NCBI GenBank assembly: GCA_051745165.1
Contig: JBNJDU010000002.1
Coordinates: 5,479-69,478 of the forward strand
Direction: 5' to 3'
DNA length: 64,000 bases
DNA from: Patescibacteria group bacterium
Lineage (GTDB): Bacteria > Patescibacteriota > Minisyncoccia > Minisyncoccales > PWPS01
A model generated the notes under the pieces. That model was not told the DNA's origin and ran no database searches. It was given only the letters and a program-made list of their open reading frames with translations. The translations under genes were made by a program, and so were the position numbers. Each line of letters starts with the position of its first letter. The stretch's first letter is position 1. Below are positions 1 to 7,209 of the stretch, in pieces.

Positions 1-220
1 CGGGGCTGCTATCCCTATTTATATTATTTATTATTAGTTGTACATTATTTGGTGCTCCTGTAATATTTGCCTCGATTGTATAGTCGTTAAAATTCGATAT
101 TTGAAGATCAGGTATAATATCAATATTTGAAATAGAATCTTCTGCTACAGATATAAGAGGAAAGAATATTATTAGTGCTAAAAATAAAAATTTGGCCCTT
201 TTTATTAAGTTGTAATTCAT
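1..220 (-). CDS. Secreted/surface protein, N-terminal part (runs off the window's left edge)
   Basis: Not in ORF track. Manual translation from ATG at 220: MNYNLIKRAKFLFLALIIFFPLISVAEDSISNIDIIPDLQ..., signal-peptide-like and open to position 1. Confidence 0.75.
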   Translation of the reverse strand, partial: MNYNLIKRAKFLFLALIIFFPLISVAEDSISNIDIIPDLQISNFNDYTIEANITGAPNNVQLIINNINRDSSP

Positions 221-345
221 TAAAGTTTGTTATAAATATTATAAAGATGGCACTATTTCAAATAATTAAATTAAGTTTTTATAATTTAACTCTTATACTA
301 ATATTGCACTAAAAACTAAAATAAAGCAATTAAATTTTATTAACA

Positions 346-372
346 AAACAAAAAACCCAGCTAAGTGCTGGG
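346..372 (-). terminator. Intrinsic terminator directly after the tRNA 3'-end copy
   Basis: Minus strand CCCAGC-ACTTA-GCTGGG followed by TTTTTTGTTTT. Confidence 0.7.
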
Positions 373-410
373 TGTTTTATATGGCTCCGCGGATTGGATA
401 AAATTCGAAC
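352..410. repeat. att-like junction 1: terminator hairpin + tRNA-Asn 3'-end copy + P'-type arm
   Basis: 352-390 matches 1156-1194 at 37/39. GCTCCGCGGA (384-393) is identical to 8907-8916. Minus strand reads CCGCGGAGCCA (tRNA acceptor 3' strand + CCA). Confidence 0.85.
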
Positions 411-656
411 ATACCTATTAAGGCACGGATGGGAATAAGTATTGCTATAAGTATGTAAAAACTACCCTTTTAGCCGACAAAAATAAAGATTTTGTTGCTT
501 TTTAGAATACTTACAGAGGTTTTTAATACTTTAATAACTATTTTTTAACTTAGATTAATTATTACTAAAAAAAAGACCCCCGAAAATATACAATCTTACG
601 GGGGCGTAAATAGCGAGATCAAAATTCTTCAAATTTAGGAATTATTTATTTTTAAA

Positions 657-1088
657 CTAGGAAGGTTCATTAAAGTGCTTTTCAATAGCTAAAGATTGTA
701 TCTCTCTAACATCTTTATCAGACAAAGAATCAATATTAGGTTTGTTGGAAAATAATTCTCTATATGCTTTATTCAGGGCTATAAATCGATTTGATCCAAA
801 AGAAGGGCTAGGTGGAAACTTAAACCATTTAATTCTTTTTTTATAAAACCAAGATAGTTTATTATTTTTATTTGCTTTACTTAAAAATTTTTTAGCTTTA
901 TTTATTTTCCTTTCCATCCTTTCTTTTATCCGCTTATAGGAATTTTTATTAGTTTCCATCACTGACTTATTATTTTTCCAGCGCAAAGAAATTACTCGAA
1001 AATATAATTTTAATCCTAGTAAAATTTCCTCTTGTCGTTTAATCTCTCTTCTAAAATTATCTATAACTGTAGAGTTTTCCTTTGTCAT
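657..1088 (-). CDS. Hypothetical basic protein, sole gene of the 804-bp cassette between junctions 1 and 2
   Basis: 143-aa ORF with an extended -10 (TGGTAAAAT on minus, ~1129-1137) upstream. No family recognised. Confidence 0.7.
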   Translation of the reverse strand: MTKENSTVIDNFRREIKRQEEILLGLKLYFRVISLRWKNNKSVMETNKNSYKRIKERMERKINKAKKFLSKANKNNKLSWFYKKRIKWFKFPPSPSFGSNRFIALNKAYRELFSNKPNIDSLSDKDVREIQSLAIEKHFNEPS

Positions 1089-1155
1089 AAATTTGCTTTA
1101 TGATTTTTATAAGCATCTTCCTTATTAAATTTTACCACTCTAAAATTTAATAATC

Positions 1156-1214
1156 AAAACTCAGCTAAATGCTGGGTGTTTTATATGGCTCCGCTTAGTA
1201 GACCAGTTTAGAAT
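1156..1214. repeat. att-like junction 2
   Basis: AAAACTCAGCTAAATGCTGGGTGTTTTATATGGCTCCGC near-identical to junction 1, followed by in-frame WLRLVDQFRIFDW...* tail. Confidence 0.85.
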
Positions 1215-1284
1215 ATTTGATTGGGGTAAAATAGAAGCAGAAGTAGAATTTTTTCAAACGCTACTAAGCTAGTTTAATTTATTT

Positions 1285-2925
1285 TTACCACTGGAAAATC
1301 CTTAAAAAGAAAGTTTTTATGGAATTGAATATTCTTACAATAAAAATTTCTCTCTCTTTTTCTTCGCTTGTTTTTTCCGTTATTTCTCCTCTTTGCTTTG
1401 GTTGGTTATCTGTTATTATTTTCTCCTCTTTTTCTTCTCCTTTATCATCTTTTTCGCCTTCTTTAGCTTCTACTAATCTTCCATCCTTTTCCTCTTTTTC
1501 TTCTCCGTTATTTTCATATTCTTCACTTTCTACTAACTCTTTATTCTCACTATTTTTGTTACTCTTACCATCTCCACTTTTTTCTTTCATAGTAAAATTT
1601 ACACTTTTACTTGATTTTTCCACCTCAAAACTGCCTTTATAATCTTCATAATTTTCTAATTTAGCAATAAACCAATATTTTCCAGTTTCAAAATTTTCCT
1701 CAACTTCACCATCTAAGCTAGTAGTTATTTCATTAACTTTTCCTGTAAAGTCTTCATAGGAATAAATTTCAATAGAAACACCCTCTAAACCATTTTCCTC
1801 ACTAAAAATCAGGGGGTATTTCTTTTTTTGGAATTCCGCCAAAATAGAGTAATTTCCTTTTATAGCAATGGTTGTATCTTCTAGATTAGGATCAGAAATA
1901 TTATCCACATCACCATTCCAGCCAATAAATTTATAACCCGGTTTAGGCTTTACCTTTAGTTCAATTTCATCTCCCCAGTTGTAATTAAATATTCCTTCTC
2001 CCGGATTAACTATATTTCCACTAGTTCCCGAATTTAATTCTAATTTATGCTTAGTTTCTTCAACAGTAATAGTAGTTGTATAACCAAGTTTTTCAGCTAT
2101 TTGATTAGCTTCATCCTCGTTAAGATTTCCACTGATCTGTATTTGTCCCCCGGAAATTTCTTCTTGAATAGTTGCTCTTTGAATTCTCTCTTCATTTAAA
2201 TAAATAGCAATCGACTTTCCAATATTTTCTTTAGTTAATTCTCGTAAAATTTCCGATCCTTGATTATTAAGTTTAATATGAATTACAGCACGATTAGTCA
2301 TCTCGTTAATATATGGTTCTGCATTGACTATATGCTTTTCATCTAAATTAGTAGAAGTAAAAATGCCTTCAAATGCTATTTCCCAATTATTTATCTCTTC
2401 ATCTAATACTGACTTTTGTTCTTCTGTAATATTTTCAATATCATTTATACTTAAAAGTTCTTTAATTTCTTCCTTTTTAGAATTAATTTTCTCAACTTCT
2501 TCGTCCCTTTTCTCTACTTTAAATTCTAAAGAAATATCTTCAACATCTCTTTTATCAAAAGTATATTTATATTCTTCATCTTTATAAGCTCTGAATTTAA
2601 ACCCAACTATATAATCACCAGGCTCTGTAAATTTAAAATTCCACTTAAATTCCCAACCTCTTCTAGGTTTTTCTATTTTTTTCTTTTTCATAAACTCCTC
2701 TTCAATAGAACCTTGCTTTTCCAAAATTTTAATTAACGGTTCAAATTGCCATTTACTTTCACCTTTATTTTCATCTTCAAGCTCTAAAAAAACTGGGACT
2801 TCTATTTTTTGACCTTGGTTTATAATATCAGGAAATTCCATACTAATACTTTTCTCTACACCAGCAAAAGCTGTTAGTGGGAACAAAAAAGATAGCAGGA
2901 AAATTATTATTTTATTTAAAGACAT
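1285..2925 (-). CDS. Secreted multidomain surface protein: SecD P1-head-like domain + InlB B-repeat/Flg_new-like domain + PEGA-like domain + acidic linker
   Basis: Signal peptide. HIVNAEP...IKLNNQGSEILRELTKENIGKSIAIYLNE...ATIQEEISGGQIQISG resembles the SecD head. PGEGIFNYNWGDEIELKVKPKPGYKFIGWNGD resembles a B-repeat. Confidence 0.75.
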   Translation of the reverse strand: MSLNKIIIFLLSFLFPLTAFAGVEKSISMEFPDIINQGQKIEVPVFLELEDENKGESKWQFEPLIKILEKQGSIEEEFMKKKKIEKPRRGWEFKWNFKFTEPGDYIVGFKFRAYKDEEYKYTFDKRDVEDISLEFKVEKRDEEVEKINSKKEEIKELLSINDIENITEEQKSVLDEEINNWEIAFEGIFTSTNLDEKHIVNAEPYINEMTNRAVIHIKLNNQGSEILRELTKENIGKSIAIYLNEERIQRATIQEEISGGQIQISGNLNEDEANQIAEKLGYTTTITVEETKHKLELNSGTSGNIVNPGEGIFNYNWGDEIELKVKPKPGYKFIGWNGDVDNISDPNLEDTTIAIKGNYSILAEFQKKKYPLIFSEENGLEGVSIEIYSYEDFTGKVNEITTSLDGEVEENFETGKYWFIAKLENYEDYKGSFEVEKSSKSVNFTMKEKSGDGKSNKNSENKELVESEEYENNGEEKEEKDGRLVEAKEGEKDDKGEEKEEKIITDNQPKQRGEITEKTSEEKEREIFIVRIFNSIKTFFLRIFQW

Positions 2926-2946
2926 AAATCTCTCTTTCTTTATTTT

Positions 2947-3858
2947 TTAATATCCAACAGCTTCCGCGCCATATTTAGCTTGCTGACGTGTAAACCCATC
3001 ATATTCGAGTTGTTCAATCAATCCTTCTCTAGAAAATGAAGTGTAATTTAAGTAATCTTCAGCACTTTTTGCTGCCTGCTTATTCCAATCAGCTCCGCAG
3101 TTTTCTGCCCCATACACAGCTTCTTTGTGTGTAAACCCATCATATTCGAGTTGTTCAATCAATCCTTCTCTAGAAAATGAAGTGTAATTTAAGTAATCTT
3201 CAGCACTTCTTAATGCATTCTTTTCACCTAACGTTGTATTGTCTGACTCTGGCTTTGATTCACAAACATTATTTGTGCATTTATACCCATCCGAGCAATT
3301 TCCGTGATCATATACTATTTCACAACTTTCAGTTTCTTCACTAAGCCCGACACACTTTTCTCCCCCGTAAGCAGGTTTAGGATCATCACAAGTTCTAGTT
3401 CTTATTTTCTCTCCCTCAACTCTACTTTCCCCACATTCTAAATCAGGAGGGTTGATTTGACATTCACTCCATTTACTCCATCTACTCCAACCGCCATCAA
3501 TTGGTTTAGGCTTCTCTGGCTCTGATTCAGATTCCTCTTCTATTTTTGTTGTATCTGTTTGTGTCGGCTGCTCTACCTCCTTTACCTCCTCTGTTATTGA
3601 TTCTTCCCGAGATTCTTTATTTTCCACTACATCAGATTCTGATTTAGGAACATCAAGTTCAGGATCTACTTTTTCGGTTGTTTCTGTAGTTATTCCAAAT
3701 AAAACAAAAAATACAATAAATGCTCCACCAAATAATAAACTTGTCTTTTTTCTGGTAACCTTTCCTTTAATAAAGCGTTCAAAGGAAGATGGTTTAATAA
3801 GTCCATAAATTAAAGATCCTAATGAAAGAAGGATTAGAAATAAAAATAAATCATCCAT
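2947..3858 (-). CDS. Membrane-anchored protein with a thrombospondin type-1 repeat and two Ltp-family repeats
   Basis: Two N-terminal TM helices; DGGWSRWSKWSEC...RTRTCDDPKPAYGGEKCVG (TSP1); 2x SAEDYLNYTSFSREGLIEQLEYDGFT (Ltp). Confidence 0.85.
   Translation of the reverse strand: MDDLFLFLILLSLGSLIYGLIKPSSFERFIKGKVTRKKTSLLFGGAFIVFFVLFGITTETTEKVDPELDVPKSESDVVENKESREESITEEVKEVEQPTQTDTTKIEEESESEPEKPKPIDGGWSRWSKWSECQINPPDLECGESRVEGEKIRTRTCDDPKPAYGGEKCVGLSEETESCEIVYDHGNCSDGYKCTNNVCESKPESDNTTLGEKNALRSAEDYLNYTSFSREGLIEQLEYDGFTHKEAVYGAENCGADWNKQAAKSAEDYLNYTSFSREGLIEQLEYDGFTRQQAKYGAEAVGY
2988..3208. repeat. Exact 80-bp intragenic direct repeat (2988-3067 = 3129-3208) encoding the Ltp repeats
   Basis: Direct sequence comparison, period 141 bp. 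Confidence 0.9.
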
Positions 3859-3906
3859 AATTTCTCTTTCTTATATTATTTTTAATAATTTCACTACTTT
3901 TCTTAT

Positions 3907-3945
3907 TTAACTATACCACAAAGCAAAATCCAGCTAAATGCTGGG
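3907..3945 (-). promoter_or_regulatory. Third copy of the cassette terminator hairpin followed by an extended -10 promoter
   Basis: AAAATCCAGCTAAATGCTGGG (3925-3945). Minus TTGTGGTATAGTTAA (3907-3921) is identical to 5255-5269. Confidence 0.7.
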
Positions 3946-3977
3946 ATAAATAAAGAATATTTATCTTAAAATACGGA

Positions 3978-4199
3978 TTAAAAAGTGAACTTATCTGAGG
4001 AATTTAAGTTTTCTTCTCTCTTGATCAGTTGACATAGGGCCTTCTCCCTGGCTTCTAAATCCCTCGGATCTTCCATATCTATCGAAGATCTGTTGTACTT
4101 TATCAGTAAACGCCGAGCTTTCTTCTGCGAAACTCCTAGATATTTGGCCACCCTTTTGTGTCTTCCTTTTAGAGATAGTTGGGCATCTTTCTGAGTCAT
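3978..4199 (-). CDS. Small hypothetical protein, possible HTH
   Basis: 73-aa ORF; HKRVAKYLGVSQKKARRLL looks HTH-like. Confidence 0.55.
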   Translation of the reverse strand: MTQKDAQLSLKGRHKRVAKYLGVSQKKARRLLIKYNRSSIDMEDPRDLEAREKALCQLIKREENLNSSDKFTF

Positions 4200-4210
4200 A
4201 ATCTTTAAAT

Positions 4211-4360
4211 TTATTTTTTATTTTTCCTTTTCTCTTTTTTCTTCAAGCCTTCTTTTAAACCTTTCACTATCTTCTCTGTGAACTTTGTCTTTGATTTCTG
4301 ATTTCCTGAAGAGTTTTTTGTAGGTGTTGAGTTAGATTTTTTATTCTTTTTGCTATTCAT
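4211..4360 (-). CDS. Small Lys-rich hypothetical protein (49 aa)
   Basis: Manual translation MNSKKNKKSNSTPTKNSSGNQKSKTKFTEKIVKGLKEGLKKKEKRKNKK*, co-oriented just upstream of 3978..4199. Confidence 0.45.
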   Translation of the reverse strand: MNSKKNKKSNSTPTKNSSGNQKSKTKFTEKIVKGLKEGLKKKEKRKNKK

Positions 4361-4390
4361 AAATTTTAATTAAATAACATATTTATTATG

Positions 4391-5324
4391 AGTTTTTTCG
4401 TCTTATAAAAAAGGGAAGCTAAAAGGTATTTTATTAGGAAAGTATTGCAATCAAAACAATCTTATAATTCAATTGGTTGCCGTATAGGTACACCCTCTAG
4501 TTCAATAAATTTATCTTTCCAATCCTGACTTCTCATCTCGACTTTTTTGAGTTTTGCATCTTTGGGTATTTCATATGTTGCTTTCTGGTAATTAGTTAAT
4601 CCTGGAGCTATTGTTTCTGTATTAACAAATGTTTGGTCTTCTTGCTTATTAAATTTTCTTCCTTCATCATCTATTAGCTGTCCCAACGACCAACTAACTA
4701 ATATTTCTTCTTTTGTTTTGTTTTTTAATCCGATTTTTATCACCATAAGCTTTCCCTCAGCCCATAATCTATCTTCTCTTTTTATTTTAATAGAATTAAT
4801 TTCAATTTCTTTGCCTAAATTGAACCTATTAATTCCCGTCACTGTTTTTGAAGCTCTTTCTGTTTTATTTTCTAAATAGTCGACTCCTATTGTTGTTCCA
4901 GTTAAAAAAAATAAAGTTAAAACTAAGATAATTATTTTTTTAAATGGCAGAAGTTTGGAACTTTTCTCTTTTCCATACGCAATATAAAGAATAATTCGAT
5001 AATAAATCACGCTTAAGATTAGATATAGTAAAACAGAAAAAGATAAAGAACTCAAGGTTGAAACAAAAAAACTTTCACCACTTGAAGTAGCCACGATTAA
5101 TATAGCGATGAAAATAATTACATCCGAAATATAAATAAGTGACTTTGCCAGTCTATGCCACCATTTATTTTCTAATAAGCGTTCCTCTGCTTTGTTTTTA
5201 TTATTTTCTTCTTCCATCTTTTTCATTGTTGGTTTTATTGTTTTTCTTTATTACTTAACTATACCACAAGATAAAACTTTATCTAAGTTATAAGATAATG
5301 GGTAGTTTTTTCGTCTTATAAAAA
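4391..5324. repeat. 21-bp direct repeat AGTTTTTTCGTCTTATAAAAA flanking the DUF4352-like gene
   Basis: Identical at 4391-4411 and 5304-5324; core CGTCTTATAA recurs at 6202-6211. Confidence 0.8.
4462..5226 (-). CDS. Membrane protein with C-terminal DUF4352-like (Ig-like) domain
   Basis: Three TM segments; VIKIGLKNKTKE...QLIDDEGRKF...IAPGLT...TYEIPKDA. Confidence 0.7.
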   Translation of the reverse strand: MKKMEEENNKNKAEERLLENKWWHRLAKSLIYISDVIIFIAILIVATSSGESFFVSTLSSLSFSVLLYLILSVIYYRIILYIAYGKEKSSKLLPFKKIIILVLTLFFLTGTTIGVDYLENKTERASKTVTGINRFNLGKEIEINSIKIKREDRLWAEGKLMVIKIGLKNKTKEEILVSWSLGQLIDDEGRKFNKQEDQTFVNTETIAPGLTNYQKATYEIPKDAKLKKVEMRSQDWKDKFIELEGVPIRQPIEL

Positions 5325-5413
5325 GGGGGTTAATACCGCTACTATGGTTGCCTATTAATTTACTAAATTGTTGATTTTAATTAGAATAAAATAAGATACT
5401 TAATAAAAATGTA

Positions 5414-6172
5414 ATGAATTCATCTAAAAATCAATCAAAAGAAAAACTTTTAACTTACCTTGATCACTTTATAGAGTCAGATTTTTTTCAAAAAATGGTA
5501 AGAGAAACAAGAGAAGAACTAAACATCCCCAAAAAGGGACTTAATAAATCAAAAGACGAACTTACAAGCTGCTCTTGGGATAAGTATATTTTATATATTC
5601 CGGAAGAATTAAAAGGCGATAAAGGGGAGATATTAAGATTTGTTAACAGTCAAATGGGGAGAGCTTATGAAAAATTTCCTGTAAATGATATCCGGATAAC
5701 TGCTATTTTTACTGTATATATTTATTATAATTTAAAAATATATAAAATTTTAAACAAAACAGACAATATCTGTTCTATTGAGGATATTAAGCAAACAATT
5801 CAGGAAAGAGAAGGATTAAAATTAAATTCTAAGGAAATAAATAGAATGATTGGAACTGATACATACCCTGTAATTTTAAAAATAAACCCTTCTGCAAGTC
5901 AGCGAGATATAGTTTCTTATATTAAAGATAATTGGAAAATTATTAAATATCATCTTGATAAGTATGAAAATAAATCAAAATTAGGAAAAATAAGATCTAG
6001 AGATCCAAAAATTAAAGAAAGAGATCGATTTATTTATAAAAATAGAGAAAAACCATATAAAGAAATAGTTTCTTTGGTTCAAAAAAAATTCCCTGAAGTA
6101 AGCGATTCGATTGATCAAGGTTCTGTTGGAAAAATAATTTCACTTGAGAGACAAAGAAGGAAAGAAGTGTAG
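5414..6172 (+). CDS. Hypothetical protein of the integrative element, possible C-terminal HTH regulator
   Basis: 252-aa ORF; ERDRFIY...PYKEIVSLV...SVGKIIS is an HTH-like tail; followed by a terminator. Confidence 0.65.
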   Translation: MNSSKNQSKEKLLTYLDHFIESDFFQKMVRETREELNIPKKGLNKSKDELTSCSWDKYILYIPEELKGDKGEILRFVNSQMGRAYEKFPVNDIRITAIFTVYIYYNLKIYKILNKTDNICSIEDIKQTIQEREGLKLNSKEINRMIGTDTYPVILKINPSASQRDIVSYIKDNWKIIKYHLDKYENKSKLGKIRSRDPKIKERDRFIYKNREKPYKEIVSLVQKKFPEVSDSIDQGSVGKIISLERQRRKEV

Positions 6173-6207
6173 TACACTTATTTCTTATACAATTTAATAT
6201 ACGTCTT

Positions 6208-6236
6208 ATAACCTGTTATCAAGCAGGTTATTTTTT
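6208..6236 (+). terminator. Intrinsic terminator
   Basis: ATAACCTG-N8-CAGGTTAT followed by a T-run. Confidence 0.6.
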
Positions 6237-6276
6237 ATGGCTAAAAATTAAATTAGTATTTCAACTGCCAAGAAGT

Positions 6277-6417
6277 ATGGATCTAACCAAACCTTCAATT
6301 AAAGAGCTTCAAAATATCCTCGAAAAGGATTACGGAGTTTCTTTAAACGAAAAAGAAGTTAATTCCTTTGGAGTTTTAGTCCTAAAAATTTTACAAACTA
6401 TAAGTAATAAAAAATAA
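6277..6417 (+). CDS. Small helical protein (46 aa), candidate directionality/accessory factor
   Basis: Manual translation MDLTKPSIKELQNILEKDYGVSLNEKEVNSFGVLVLKILQTISNKK*; stop is 2 nt before the next ATG. Confidence 0.6.
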   Translation: MDLTKPSIKELQNILEKDYGVSLNEKEVNSFGVLVLKILQTISNKK

Positions 6418-6419
6418 AT

Positions 6420-6854
6420 ATGAACAATGAAGGGCCAAATAAAATTATGCTAAGGAAAGGAGTTGATAACAATCCTGAAGATGCTTTTAAAGGCTTAGAC
6501 CATCCCTCTAAAAAAACAAAAGAAAATGCTCAAAATGAAATAAAAAAGTTTACAAAAAGAAATTGGCTTGCGTACAGTCCAGACTTAGCAAAAATTCTTA
6601 ATTCTGTAAAAGCGGGAATTTTTCTCTCACAACTCATCTATTGGCACGGAAAAGGTGCTGATTCTGAAAAGTTTTACAAGACGATAAAAGAATTAAAGGA
6701 AGAAACAGAATTAAGCAAAGGAGAGCAATATAGAGCTCAAAAAATATGTGAGAAAAAAGATTTAATCGAGGTTACTTATGACAAGATTCCACCAAAGAGA
6801 CACTACAAAATTAAAATTAAAAAGATAAAAGAATTATTAAAAGGCATTGATTAG
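6420..6854 (+). CDS. Phage/plasmid replication-initiator-like winged-helix protein, probably truncated
   Basis: LAKILNSVKAGIFLSQLIYW...FYKTIKELKEETELS...QYRAQK is a replisome-organizer-type N-domain. An ITEIT-like linker remnant lies after the stop (~6918). Confidence 0.6.
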   Translation: MNNEGPNKIMLRKGVDNNPEDAFKGLDHPSKKTKENAQNEIKKFTKRNWLAYSPDLAKILNSVKAGIFLSQLIYWHGKGADSEKFYKTIKELKEETELSKGEQYRAQKICEKKDLIEVTYDKIPPKRHYKIKIKKIKELLKGID

Positions 6855-7062
6855 TGAATGTAGGCGGTTATTATATGAATTTTATCAAGCATTTAAAGGT
6901 TTTAAAATAAGTCATATATTACAGAGATTACCTTTCATAGATTACTTACAGAGCTTTCTCTTTACAAGAGAGGATTCCGTAAATATAGACATTTACGAAA
7001 TCCAAAAATATACCTAGAAAGAAAAATTAAATAATAAAGAAATTTATTTATTTACCTTGAAG

Positions 7063-7170
7063 TGCTATAATAAAAGTAGACATTGCCATTATTATTTTGA
7101 GAGTAGGAAGGGGCGTTTCTGTTTTGTTCTCGAAAGAGGCAATGTCTAGCAGAAGCGTCCCTTTTTGTTT
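7063..7170 (+). promoter_or_regulatory. Recombinase promoter and structured 5' leader
   Basis: TGCTATAAT at 7063-7071; 7077-7087 complementary to 7138-7148; 14-bp stem 7108-7121/7150-7163 followed by a U-tract. Confidence 0.6.
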
Positions 7171-7209
7171 ATTAGCTTGCTCTTACTATATTTATTAAAT
7201 TTTTATTTT

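Noticed and set aside
3092-3098. GCTCCGC matching the att core
   Set aside because: It is inside the Ltp CDS and lacks both the left arm and the GA..TT.GAA motif, so it is a chance 7-mer.
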